Shown in pieces: positions 47,280 to 59,454 of a stretch of 64,000 nucleotides of DNA. The DNA lies in the NCBI RefSeq assembly GCF_006345805.1, contig NC_042997.1, positions 198,958,001 to 199,022,000 on the forward strand, in the 5' to 3' direction. The notes beneath the pieces were generated by a model that saw only the letters and a program-made list of their open reading frames with translations, had not been told where the DNA came from and ran no database searches. The stretch comes from Octopus sinensis (taxonomy: Eukaryota). Positions within the stretch are counted from its first letter, which is position 1, and the number at the start of each line of letters is the position of its first letter. Position numbers and translations under genes: made by a program.

Positions 47280-47932
47280 TTAACCCTTTAGCATTTAAAT
47301 TGGCGATATCTGACCCAAATATTCAACTTGTTTTATGTTCAAATTGGCCAGATTCAGCCTCTCACACATACCCTACAATGTTATTCTAAATATGAATAAT
47401 CACATCATCATCATTTAACGTTTGGTTTCCATGCTGGCATAGGTTGTATGGTTTGACATGAGCTGTCCACCTCATCAAAATCCTGAAGGTATGAGATGAT
47501 GTATGACTGATTTTAAACAATATGAATAAATAAGTACTGGTCTGCCTGACTGACTCACACCCTCCAAACAAGGCCGATGCCAGTACCCCCTGACTGGCTC
47601 TCACACTGGTGGCATGTAAAAAGTACCAACTGAACGTGGCTGATGCTAGTACCCCTGACTAGCCCCCATACTGGTGGCATGTAAAAAGCACTATCCAAAC
47701 GTAATCAATGCCAGGCTTGCCTGACTGGCTCCCATGCCAGTGGCACATAAAAAGCACCCACTACACTCTAAAAGTGGTTGGTGTTAGGAAGGGTATCCAG
47801 CTGTAGAAACATTGCCAGATCAGATTGGAGCAGCCGCTGGTTCACCAGACCTTAGTCAAACCCATGGAAAACGGATGTTAAATGATGATGATGATAGATT
47901 TTGAGATAGTAATCTAAATACTAAAGAGTTAA
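47280..47932 (+). mobile_element. piggyBac-type MITE family P1 interrupted by family A pieces (47403-47897)
   Basis: TTAA-CCCTTTAGCATT start and ctaaagag-TTAA end. Confidence 0.8.
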
Positions 47933-48867
47933 ATATTAGTAAAGATTATTTGCCAATATAACGTGTCTGCTGCAATTCAGCCCCAGGGGCTAAATAGCAG
48001 TAGCATTAGTCCTAACCAGGATTGCCATGTTATGTTGGCAAAATAATCTTTATTCAAGAGTACTGTTACCGGATGTCTCTCATTGAGAGATTTACAAATA
48101 GTAAATTTCTATTTTAGTTAAATATTAGTTTCAAATATACAGAACATTGGAATAATCTTGATGCAACTAAGATGCGCAATCACTACATTCAACCACATAA
48201 TATATTTTATTCAATGGAAGTATATAATTAATGGACAAAATCATATTCATACATGTATTTCAACAACTGACAAATCTTCTGGTTATATTGTCTATTATTA
48301 TTAGTATGCTAGCTTTAGCTTCTCTAATTTGCCTGACCTTTAGCACATTATATTAATTCCTTTGAAGCAACATACTTATCTTGCCATTTGTCTCAAGTTT
48401 TAACTCCTTTGGTTCACATGAAAATATTTTTACAGACTTTGCTTCATCACAACACAGAATTACTATGAAACATTCTCTATGCTCACGTCTAGCTAACACC
48501 TGCTGTTTTAATTAAATATTTATTGCATTAATTTACTCAACCATCTTATGTGGTTATGGTTACTTCTCAACTCTTATCATCTTCTCTTCTTCCTCCTCCT
48601 TATCATCATTCATTCGCATCATCATCACCATCATCATCATAAGCACTAACCATATTTGATTGTTTTTTATCATTATAATAATGTGAAATTTTTCAATTGA
48701 TTTTTGGATTTTTTTTTTTTACATGGGAAATTTGACTTATTTGATTATATTGATGCTAATAATAAATATTACAAGAAAATATCTATTTTCATCTATTTTA
48801 TTCTTACAATTTAGTGATTCTAAGCATTTGTAAGCCGAGCCATTTGATATGCTGTAGTTTTACCTAC

Positions 48868-48961
48868 CATCTTTTTGACTGATGGCCAGTACAGTTGTGC
48901 ATAAAGAAACTGACCAATCAACATTCTCTTTTTATGTATATAATCTCTGTCTTGATTCCAT
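48868..48961 (-). CDS. Candidate exon WNQDRDYIHKKRMLIGQFLYAQLYWPSVKKM (phase 2 to 0)
   Basis: Acceptor gttcttatctacttag, donor ATG|GTAGGT, only one frame open. Confidence 0.2.
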
Positions 48962-50004
48962 CTAAGTAGATAAGAACATTCGTTCCAGATCATACAGAAA
49001 AAAGCTTCCATTTATCCTATTGCATTTAATGCTGACAGAATCATTCCCATTGTACAAACTACAATAAAACCTCAGAAATTTAGATTCTGATACTCTGAAA
49101 TCCTTTTAAAGTGAGTGTTTGAATAATTGATCATTTACTAATGAGTAATTGTGCTCTAATAAAGATTTGCAGAGGTCTGTGAAGTGGAATAATTAAAGGG
49201 AGAAGAGCTAATAGTTAATAAATAGCCTTTGTGAATATAAAGAGAAAGAATTTAGTGCTATGATTTTCTCATTACTTTGTTATATTCTATTGTTTTTTTT
49301 TTTATCTTTAATTAATATTTTACTTCTTATTAAATTCATTTGTTAGTTAACAGAAAATACAATATTATGATTTTATTATTTTTTTCATCCTTTCTTAAAA
49401 TCTAAATGGAAATGTGAAATTTTGCTTCTATTCATCTGATTTCTTTTCTTCTGTTGTAATTGCAAAACTAAAAAACACAAAGCAATAATACAATTTAAAC
49501 AAAAACAAAAACAAAAAATCATCGCAAAAATGCATTATTAGAATATAAAAAGTGAGGAGAAACAGATGCAAAGGCAGAATTTAAATAATGAAATTATATA
49601 ACAACATAAATAAATCAGTTCTCTTTTAGAGATATTTTGACCAAAAATAGGACAAACATGAAAACCTATATAAAGCACAAACGTCTCAAAATCAGTAAAT
49701 TAGCAACAGGATACTCTATTCAAAATGCTTTTTAAAAATAATTTATGATATAAAAATTGTTTATATACAAAGTAACCAGTAATTAGAAAAATCAGATTTA
49801 ACAGTGTAAGAAATTTATAACAATCGTTAAAAACACAATATTTAGCTTCTTTTTTGATTAAAATGAATTAAGACAAAAGAAAATATTCACAGACAAGAAA
49901 TTATGCAAAGACATTTTAAAAATATTTCTCTCATAATTACTTGGTTTTTCTTTATTAATCATATTTAACCATTAAAATTTATTTAAACTATTGATGTTTT
50001 AGTG

Positions 50005-50061
50005 CATGATTTATATATATATATATATACATAATCATCATCATCTCTCTCTCTCTCTCAC

Positions 50062-50092
<31 letters not shown>

Positions 50093-50165
50093 ATGTATAT
50101 GTGTATGTGTATATGTATATATGTATATGTATATATGTATATGTATATATGTATATACGTATATG

Positions 50166-50212
<47 letters not shown>
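50005..50212. repeat. (TA)n/(TATG)n compound microsatellite
   Basis: Direct inspection. Confidence 0.95.
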
Positions 50213-50217
50213 AAACA

Positions 50218-50450
50218 AGGCAGCGAGCTGGCAGAAACGTTAGCACGACGGGTGAAATGCTTAGCGGTATTTCGTCTGTTGTTACGTTCTGAGTTCAAAT
50301 TCCGCCAAGGGCGACTTTGCCTTTCACCCTTCCAGTGTCAATAAATAAAGTACCAGTTTCGCACTGGAGTTGATGTAATCGACTTAATCCCTTTGTCTGT
50401 CCTTGTTTCTCCCCTCTATGTTTAACCCCTTGTGGGCAGTAAAGAAATAT
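50218..50450 (+). mobile_element. Family C SINE
   Basis: ggcagcgagctggcagaaacgttagcac...gcagtaaagaaata. Confidence 0.9.
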
Positions 50451-50585
50451 ATATATATAGACAAACATATAATATTTTGTATTTGATGTACTTAATATAT
50501 TTAATATATTTGATGTCTAATTAGCTTATCTCAATAACAGCCTCCATACCCGCTCAACCTGGTCCCTATTATAGCCCTTCTTTAC

Positions 50586-50689
50586 CTTGTGGAATGATCC
50601 CTGTAAAGACATCGGAGTCTAGGTTTGAATCTTTTGAGCACTACTAAGTTTCTTCCATTCAGAAAATATCTGGATCTCATTTGTGGACT
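50586..50689 (-). CDS. Candidate exon SPQMRSRYFLNGRNLVVLKRFKPRLRCLYRDHST (phase 0 to 2)
   Basis: Donor AAG|GTAAAG; phase-compatible with 48868-48961; the acceptor is weak (microsatellite-derived). Confidence 0.18.
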
Positions 50690-50733
50690 CTATATACATA
50701 TATATAGATATGTGTGTGTGTGTATATATGTGC

Positions 50734-50769
<36 letters not shown>

Positions 50770-52197
50770 AAAATATAATTGTCACCACTACTACATGAAC
50801 CTGAAGATTGCATAGTTTAATGAAAGTAATAGTTCAATCAGAATGGACGTTTAATATTCTATCATTCCATTATATTATTATAAGATTGTAAATAAAATAT
50901 AAAAATCAAAGTTAGAATTTCTTTGAGTAATATGTTCTTCTATACACAATCATGCACACTTGTGAATATATATAGGTAGATATGGATAGATAGATAGATA
51001 GGTAGGTAGGTAGATAGATATTACTGTTCTCATGTAGAAAAGTGAAAATGAGTAAATTGAATGTTATTCATTTAAATAGAAAGCTATGAATTCATCCGCT
51101 TCTAATGAACTGTTTTATGCTCTGTCATCCCTTCAAATACACACTGTACATTTTCCTATTTACGTGCCTGGAAGAAAAAATAAGGAAAACAGAATAATTG
51201 GTTGAAAATTACAAGGAGGTTCTTGCCAGGTAGTTTCAGGACTGAATTTTCTCAATTAGGCTATGAACATAATTAGCTTAAAAAAATCTAAAACACAGAC
51301 TTAGAAAAAGAAACCTGTAAAGGAAAATTTGCCGGAAATAAATATTTTTGAAAAAGTATAGGAAACACCCACCTCGGAATCTAAAGAAACAAGCTGATAA
51401 TTTATTAAAAATAAGTGTATACAAAAAATAAAAAGAAAGAGAAGAAAGAAAAGAAGAAGAGGTGCCAGACTAGTGAATGAAAAGCTCACCATAGCCATTG
51501 TGTTGTGCACCTGGGTAAAGTAACATAACATTGCTTGACACAATCTTTTTAGCTGATGACAAGTTCTACTCCTACTTATTAAGGTTTGTTTGAAAGCAGG
51601 AAGTACATCCAGCTGTGAAAACACTTTCTCCAACTATACACTATATACAAACGTCTGTATTTGCAGAAGAAAAAATACATTTTATGTTACTTTTATCACA
51701 ATATCCTGGAAAATGCACTGGAAAAGAATACAAATACAAAAACAAAAACGTATGAAAAATAATAATGTGATAACTAACGCTAGTAGAAAGCTACATCATG
51801 CATAATACTTGTTTAAAACGGTTGTTAAAATTCATAACAGCATCAGAATAAATGCTTTTTATTAGTTCTTTACAGCTTTTCACGGCTGATAGTCAAAGAC
51901 TGTGAATGCCAATTTGTCTTCAAAAATGTCAAATTTAATATTCTTTCAATATTCATCAAGTATTTCTTTCAAGTGCTGTTTCTGTTCTCAACCGAATTGA
52001 TTCCAGTTTTTTGCATTGCTTCTTAAAAACACGTAAGTGGCCTCTTGTTGTTGGTTACAGAATACCAAAATATTACTTTGTTAGATTTGAATTTGCTTGT
52101 CTCCCCCGCCTCCTCCACTCAAACTAATTATCTGCCTTCACTTAAGGCTTAAACAATGTTTTTTTTTCTGTAATTGCAATCAGTTTCTTAACTTTAC

Positions 52198-52337
52198 TCC
52201 ACATATTTTCTGCAATGATTCCAACCTTAAAATGAAGTCCCTGTGTGATGTTGGTATATTCATCCACAGAAACTCGAACATTCCTTTATTCTCAGCATAT
52301 TTAAGGTTCAGTCTAAGACATTGCTTCTTAATTCTTC
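52198..52337 (-). CDS. Candidate exon RIKKQCLRLNLKYAENKGMFEFLWMNIPTSHRDFILRLESLQKICG (phase 1 to 0)
   Basis: Acceptor catattttag, donor GGA|GTAAAG, 46 open codons. Confidence 0.13.
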
Positions 52338-52469
52338 CTAAAATATGTATCTATTAGTATATGTATTTGATTAATATTGTGGACATATGCATGTATGTGA
52401 ATATGTATTTAAATCTATATACACTTATTCATTTTGAGTATGTGTTTATCTCTTTGTACATAAACATAC

Positions 52470-52539
<70 letters not shown>

Positions 52540-52749
52540 ATATAAATGGAACAAAAACACAATAAAGGACAATAAAACATTCGGACAGAAAAATGATACA
52601 AAGGTGGACAGGAGAAATAAAAAGTACAAGGACAGGTAAATAAGATGGGTCATCTGTGGCCTTCTTTCATCAGTCAAGTTTACCAGAAGTCCTTACTGTT
52701 TTGGGCAGTTACACTTGAGACAGTTAGATCTGGTTGCCCCTAAAAAAGT

Positions 52750-52794
52750 CTAAGCTAAGAGCATTAAGCATATGTGGAAAATGAGGGAGTATTG

Positions 52795-52825
<31 letters not shown>

Positions 52826-53115
52826 GTTTGTGGGAGGAGGTGCTTGAGTGGTGCAGGCAAGGTCAACCATCAGAGAACTCACAGGAATTGACCCATGGTA
52901 AATTGTGATATGGCTATTGTTCACAACCAAACATGTGGAAAGGTGTGCCTCTCAGTTGGAGGATTGAAATGGTGTCTCAAGGGTTGATACTGTGGCACCT
53001 GTTCCATCTGCCAGCCAGCACAGCTGTGCCTTATGTAATGGAATATGCAAAACTGGGATCAAGAGTCATACAAGGGCTTCACATTACATCAACAATCATT
53101 CATTTCAGTGATTCT
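52750..53115 (+). mobile_element. RTE-clade LINE 3' remnant
   Basis: Frame SQHSCALCNGICKTGIKSHTRASH resembles the RTE C-terminal zinc-finger (C..C.R.C.S..GL.SH.R); otherwise heavily decayed. Confidence 0.5.
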
Positions 53116-53164
53116 TTCTAGTAATGGCTTTGCTCATATATGGGAAAGCAGCTAAGATATATAT

Positions 53165-53520
53165 ATATAATGTTAAATAAAGTGAGACATCAAAGCCAAG
53201 GCCGTGTGGAATTTTCAGGACATTTATAAAGAGAAAGTTAGTCTTACAGCTGTTTCTAAGATATTAAGGATATCCCTTCATCAGAGACGATGTGAGATGG
53301 TTAAATAGAGGGAAACATTAGAGTTCAATATGAGGAGTTATTTTGGAAAAGGAAGCAAATAAGGAGTATAGAGGGAAATAGGAGAATGAATGTAGAAATA
53401 GAAATAAAAATGCATAAAGATGTTATAGTTGGAATTCTATTATCCAAGGAAAGTGGTGTATAGAAATAGTAGAAATGCTTCTTGTCCATAGTATGTAAAT
53501 TCCAATAGGAGTTCATATTT
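53165..53520 (-). mobile_element. Penelope-type terminal-repeat fragment
   Basis: Pyrimidine-rich strand leading into a hammerhead motif and then an AT-rich end next to (TA)n. Confidence 0.6.
53241..53288 (-). ncRNA. Minimal type I hammerhead ribozyme motif
   Basis: Minus strand GTCT-CTGATGA-A-GGGATAT(cctta)ATATCTT-A-GAAA-C(AGCT)G-TA-AGAC: full CUGAUGA/GAAA/UH core, stem I GTCT/AGAC, palindromic AGCT loop III. Confidence 0.72.
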
Positions 53521-53574
53521 TGTCATCAGAAATGGAAAGTGTAGAGATGTAGATTCCATGTGCTGTTCATTCAA

Positions 53575-53735
53575 GCACTCATTACACTCTTGGAGTGCTT
53601 GGCATTAGAAAGGGCATCCCACCATATACACAACCATGCCAAATCAGACTGGATCCTGATGAAGCCTTCCAGCATGCCAGCCCAGTCAAACCGTCCAACC
53701 CATGCCAGCATTGACAACAGACACTAAATGATGAT
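53575..53735 (+). mobile_element. Family A SINE 3' part
   Basis: ggcattagaaagggcatcc...caaaccgtccaacccatgccagcattgacaacagacactaaatgatgat. Confidence 0.8.
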
Positions 53736-54274
53736 GCATGCATATCTATATATTTCTAAGTAAAGCATGAATGTGCTCATGTGTACATTTTTGTACATCT
53801 GGAAATAAGTCTATATATTTGTTTGTGTGTGTATATATATATATATATCATTCAGAGTTCATGCTAAAGAGAGATACAAATCCTCTTTCAGGAGACAGTA
53901 GTTGAATGTTTGGAATCTCATAGAATTAAAAAAAAAAAAATTCTTACCTATTTCAAAACAGAAAAAATTATGCAAATACTTAAATGTTTGATTTTTTTTT
54001 TTAACATTCCATTATTCCATCCCATCCTATAGACTCACACACACACACACACACATTAATAAATGAAAATGGAAATTAAAATATAAGTGGAAAATATATT
54101 ATAAACCTTTTACTGCAGTCATATGGTTTAGAAAAATAAACACTTAAATTCTGGAAATATATATGAGATTTCTGGGAGTTAATGATTTGATTTTATAGCA
54201 AATTAAGTTTATGTATGTGGGTGTATGTATCTGTATATAGAGTATACTACATGAATATATATATATATATATTC

Positions 54275-54596
54275 ATCATCATCCAGTGTTTTAAATCGGG
54301 GTTTTGTCCCCGTTAACCAGGATACCCGGATCTACCCCAATGCCATAGCAACTCAGGTAGACAGGTGCAGCCCAACCTTTGGGCTGGCTGGTACCCATTC
54401 TCCTTTGCTATCATGGGGCATTTTGGAGTTGGATTTTCTACAGAGAGCATGCCCTTGCTTACCCCCAACCTTAGTTTCTAGACATGAGCAGTGCCGAGAC
54501 CAAGGCTTCTGCTACAATTTTTAAGAAATGTGGTGGAAAACTAGCTCAGGAAGGCAGGGATGCTACTCCCTGATACCCCTTTCAGAGCCTCCCTAC

Positions 54597-54600
<4 letters not shown>
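54275..54600 (-). mobile_element. Unclassified GC-richer retroposon 3' fragment with (GAT)n tail
   Basis: Starts at (catc)n on plus and is GC-rich relative to the flanks; no ORF recognised. Confidence 0.4.
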
Positions 54601-54637
<37 letters not shown>

Positions 54638-54886
54638 TTTATAGGGCATTAGGAAGAACATTCAGCCTTAGAAACCATATCAAAGCAGACACTGGAGTAT
54701 GATGCAGGTTTTTGTTACTTTGGGTTCTGTTAAACCACCTACCCCATGGAACATCAGCATTAAATGAGGATATACATATTATGCTTACTCTTGTGTGTGT
54801 ATGTGTAATTGTATGAATATGCATATGTCATGCATACACTTGTATGTGTATGCATGTGTGTGCACATGTGTATGTATGTGTGTGTA

Positions 54887-54919
<33 letters not shown>

Positions 54920-54922
<3 letters not shown>

Positions 54923-55290
54923 AGTAAAATTTAGATACAGATGAATATGGTACTTAAGTTAAAGGCACCAGAATTTAGTATGGTATTATCCATATAATTC
55001 AAAATGGTGTGATTACAATCAAAATAAGCAACAAGGATATCCTTGGATATCCTTGTTGCTTATTTTGATCATATATATAAAATAGTAAATCCAAAAAAAA
55101 CGAAGAACAAATACAAGATAAAAACAACACAAGGACGTGGTACATGCAAAGTATTAGCAGATGTTCAGGGACGGAAAGAGAGGAAGTTTTTACATTTCAA
55201 GCAAAGCTCTTCTCCAGAAACAGGAGACAGAGGAAAGTCCCAGAGAAAAGCAAGACAGAGGAAAAAAGTTGCCAATGATCCGCATGTAAA
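54920..55290 (-). mobile_element. Penelope-type fragment with a degenerate hammerhead (55186-55221) and a perfect palindrome (55018-55069)
   Basis: Minus strand GTTT-CTGGAGA-AGAGC(ttt)GCTT-GAAATG-TA-AAAAC; 25-bp perfect inverted arms separated by TT. Confidence 0.5.
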
Positions 55291-55299
55291 TCAAAATTC

Positions 55300-55435
55300 C
55301 ATAAACACTTAATATTCAATTTTATTTATTCATTCCAATTAGGAATGTTTAATAATTGAGTCCTGTGAGGTGAAATCACCCTTTTTTTTCTTTTCACGTT
55401 TTGATTTACTGTCGGGTGACTTTTGGCCAACCCTG
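55300..55435. mobile_element. Partial Tc1/mariner MITE (one TIR)
   Basis: gatttactgtcgggtgacttttggccaaccctg matches 44251-44283. Confidence 0.75.
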
Positions 55436-55442
55436 TGTTTAT

Positions 55443-55486
<44 letters not shown>

Positions 55487-55514
55487 GAATTTTTTGCGTA
55501 ATGAGATAAAAGAC

Positions 55515-55584
55515 AAGGCTGTGTAGATATTAGAGCATTTATAGACCTTCTAGCTATAAATGCTCTAAATATCTACACAGCCTT
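55515..55584. other. Isolated 70-nt near-perfect hairpin
   Basis: aaggctgtgtagatatt-agagcatttatag / ctataaatgctctaaatatctacacagcctt, one bulge, 9-nt loop. Confidence 0.85.
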
Positions 55585-55754
55585 GGTTTTTTTTATTTTA
55601 TTACGCAAAAAATTCTTATATACACATGCTGACATAGAACCAACATTGAACCTTTTATTCGCAAAATTACCGAATCTGGAACTTAACTATGGTCTGTCTA
55701 TAGCACTTATTCAGCATTACCTGACACTGTTGGGTCTCAATGACACCATTATCT

Positions 55755-55797
<43 letters not shown>

Positions 55798-56302
55798 GCA
55801 TATGCTCATGTGTATGTGCTTGTGTGTATATAAATGCATGTATGTACATATGTATGCATGAGAGGTGGACTAACAGTCAGATTTTCCTGGTATTTGAATA
55901 TACTGAAATTTTCAAGTTTCTCTTTTCCATCAAATTACTAAAGTTACAGTGTTGATGTCAAACTCTCTCACATTCTGTCTTTGATATATTTATTCTGCCT
56001 TATCTTCAAACTATGTGTGATATGTGACCTTGACTATCTAGCAGAGGAGTGGTGGCTGCAAATGTAAATAAGGTATCAGGGTGTTCTTTTTTTTTTTTTA
56101 ATATAATTTTAGTTCCTTACACATGATGTTGATCTTGAAGGACCAAACTACTTGTGCAAGTTATAAACAAATGTATGTCAGATTAACCTATACTTGAGGC
56201 GGTGAAGCTTTATACATCAAAGGCTACAATGAAAATAGTTTGAAGGTGTCCCACGTGACCAAAGAACTTTTTATTCTGCTAAACGAAATACTTAATAAAA
56301 TA

Positions 56303-56646
56303 TTTCGTTTTTGGATTTGGTTTGCAAGATTCTTTATATGAGTTTGTGTGTTGAAGCATATTATGTTGTGTCTAGGAAGAGTCATTTTCTTTTTGTGCTT
56401 TATAATTTAACACACTCACCAGTAAAATTTCCACCTATTTCTTATTTTTATTGTCCTAAAATTTTCGTTGTGTCTTGCAACCTTTTCAATAATTTTCAAT
56501 AGTTTTAAATAGTCAAAACTATTGAAAAGGTTGCAAGATGCAACGAAAATTTTAGGGAAATAAAAATAAGAAATAAGTGGAAATTTTACTGGTGAGTGTG
56601 TTACATAATAAGGCACAAAAAGAAAATGACTCTCCCCAGACACAAT
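56303..56646. mobile_element. TIR-less foldback element, copy 2 (inverted relative to copy 1)
   Basis: Same termini as copy 1 (tttcgtttttgg... and ...cagacacaat); 11-bp direct repeat ttaataaaata at 56292-56302 and 56647-56657. Confidence 0.85.
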
Positions 56647-57059
56647 TTAATAAAATATAATTTATGAAAACTCTAAGAAAATGTAGATAGCTGAAGTTTC
56701 ACTCTTACCATAATTCATTTCTATGTTTTAAAGATAATTGTAATTAGTTTAAACACATATCCATAAGTGTGTGTAAAGAAATATGAGCAGGTGTTTCTAA
56801 AATTCACAATTGGTTGAAAAGACAAGTTTTTAATTAATATTAAATTGAGAACAATGTATTTCAGCTTCAGAAATTTTCATTAAATATTGTACTTCTTTAA
56901 GAAAGCTGTACTTAGCCCCACCATTGAATCTCAGGGACGGACATGCTGAAGAAAAGAACATGATGATACAACTAGAAGCTTAATTGAAATAGAGTTTTTC
57001 CAAGGAGAGTAAACTAAAATCTTCAAATATGTTTGATTTTTTTTCTTTTATTTTCTTCT

Positions 57060-57285
57060 ATTTGTTTTAGTCATTTGACTGCAGCCATGCTGGAGCACTG
57101 CTTTTAGTCGAGCAAATTGAGCCCAAGACTTATTCTTTGTAAGCCTAGTACTTACTCTATTGGTCTCTTTTGCCGAACCGCTAAGTTATGAGGACATAAA
57201 CACACCAACATCAGTTGTCAAGCAATGTTGGTGGGGGACAAACACAGGCACACAAACATATACACACACATACATATACAGTTTC
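57060..57285 (-). mobile_element. Family B SINE 3' half
   Basis: gtcatttgactgcagccatgctggagcac...gacaaacacag. Confidence 0.88.
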
Positions 57286-57876
57286 AGTCAGGTTGGTAAC
57301 AAAAGGGTTAATTTCTTACACTCACATAAATTTGACAAACTGTTTTTTTATTTCAAGTTATAACTTACTCATATATTTAGACGTCAATGATTTCAACATT
57401 TGAATGTTTTTATATATTTATCTGCTATAACTGTCTACTAAAATATTATCTTATTTGACCGGTAGAGTTATCTCCTGTACCTCTGAAATTGCATTTTACT
57501 GTACCAAAGAGTGTGGTGGTCTGTGTGATAGAAATATTCATATTTTCCCACCAGAACTTAAATGACTTACTACATGAGCATATTTACACATGCCTGAGAC
57601 TTATCATTTTCTATTCCAACAGTTGACTTTTCCCTTATCTCTATGATTGCAGCATATGGAGTTTTATTGAGTGCATTCATTAAATTTTGAGAAATCAGCA
57701 AAATATTTGTGATTCATTCTCTCTCTTTCGTTAGGAATCTCTCTTTGTAAACAAATGTTTACAGACTCTGAAGAACTGCTTTGCAATATTTTTAATTACT
57801 GTTTATAAAGGTGTTGCAGGCATAGCTACGTGGTTAAGATGTTTGCCTTCCAAATATATTGTTTGGGGTTGTAAGG

Positions 57877-58103
57877 TGGCGAGCTGGCAGAAACGTTAGC
57901 ACGCTGGGCGAAATGCATGGCCGTATTACATCTGTATTACGCTCAGGGTTCAAATCCTGCCGAGGTCGACTTTGCCTGTCATCCTTTCGGGGTCGATAAA
58001 TTAAGTACCAGTTACACACTGGGGTCAATGTAATCGACTTAATCCGTTTGTCTGTCCTTGTTGTCCCCTCTATGTTTAGCCCCTTGTGGGTAATAAAGAA
58101 ATA
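57877..58103 (+). mobile_element. Family C SINE inserted in an older family B copy (57810-58250)
   Basis: The B head (gcatagctacgtggttaag) is left of it and the B body (gggttcagtctc...gaaactgaaagaagcc) is right of it. Confidence 0.85.
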
Positions 58104-58321
58104 TATATTGTTTTGGGTTCAGTCTCATTGTGTGACCCTATGGCTAAGTGTTTTCTATTGTAGTTCTATCCTGACCAAAGCTTTGCGTATGGATTTGGCA
58201 GATGGAAACTGAAAGAAGCCTTTCATACATGTGTGTGTGTGTGTGTGTTTCTCTTTGTCTTGATATCACGTGATAGTTGTGAATGAGTGTTACTGTCACA
58301 CAAGTGCTGTCCTTTGTCTCC

Positions 58322-58490
58322 AATCATCATCATCATCATTATTTAACGTCCGTTCTCCATGCTAGCATGGGTTGGACGGTTCGACCGGGGATCTGGGAAG
58401 CCAGTAGGCTGCACCAGGCTCCAGTCTGATCTGGCAATGTTTCTACAGCTGGATGCCCTTCCTAACGCCAACCACTCCGTGAGTGTAGTG
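58322..58490 (-). mobile_element. Family A SINE 3' part, young
   Basis: tttaacgtccgttctccatgctagcatgggttggacgg...accactccgtgagtgtagtg. Confidence 0.9.
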
Positions 58491-59119
58491 GAAAAATTTC
58501 TACACATGAGGAAATATCACTTTACTTAGAAACAGATAAGGGTTGATGACAGGAAGAGCATCTGGCTGTAGAAAATCTGCCTCAATGTGAACAAACAAAA
58601 GAGGACGATAAAACAATGATGAGGATGATAAAAGGTATCTAATTCTGAAACACCACATCTCTTCATAGATTCTTGTCAATATCACTACAGTCAACACAAG
58701 ATCTGATTACTTTTGTCTCCTTACTTCTATCGCTATCTCATCTAAAACTACCAAGCAGTTCATAATCTTGCTGTTTTTTCAGATTGCTTTTTATTTATTT
58801 TATTATTATTTTTTTTTGTCTTTTATGTCTGTTTATTGTTCTCAAGAGCCTTCTCCTCACAATTTGTATAATTGATTTCCAATCATAACCTCTTTAAACT
58901 TAAAAATTCACATACTTTAGTCAACAACATTCACATTCTGTTCACACTGTTTATTTAATAACATATCATAATTGAACATCCCTAGGTAATCCTTGTTAAT
59001 AGCTAATAATTTTACATGTTATCATTTTGAAATTCTAATTAAATATGACTGTTTGCACTATAATAATCTCAGTAAAATTTGAAATTTTATCATCTAAATT
59101 GAAGCCAAAACAGAAATAA

Positions 59120-59205
59120 CAATAATAATAATAATAATAATAATGATGATGATGATGATGATGATGATAATAATAATAATTTATCATCTAAACTAAAGCC
59201 TAAAC

Positions 59206-59239
<34 letters not shown>

Positions 59240-59240
59240 C
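59120..59240. repeat. (AAT)n/(GAT)n tracts with a duplicated ~30-bp spacer
   Basis: tttatcatctaaa.t.aagcc.aaac occurs at ~59086 and ~59180. Confidence 0.8.
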
Positions 59241-59454
59241 TGCTCAACACCACAGACTTGTTTGTCAGTTATTTCAAACTGATCTTAACTGACTGGAAGT
59301 GTTATTACATATTTTGTTTTGTCTTGGTATAACAGATGGGCTACAGCAAATATTCTGCTCATTACCACAGATTTGTTTGTCAGTTGTTTGACTTTAATCA
59401 TTTGACCATGTCCCTTAGTGGCTGATGATATGTGCATCTCTGTCAACCTCATTG

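Noticed and set aside
49988-50344. Long Y/I/T/H-rich ORFs (also 28664-28877 and 52361-52677)
   Set aside because: They arise from stop-free (TA)n/(CA)n/(TATG)n microsatellites.
52150-52290. IAENMWSKVKK resembling the Tc1 PIENLW motif
   Set aside because: No upstream SPDLN or other DDE motifs, and no TIRs.
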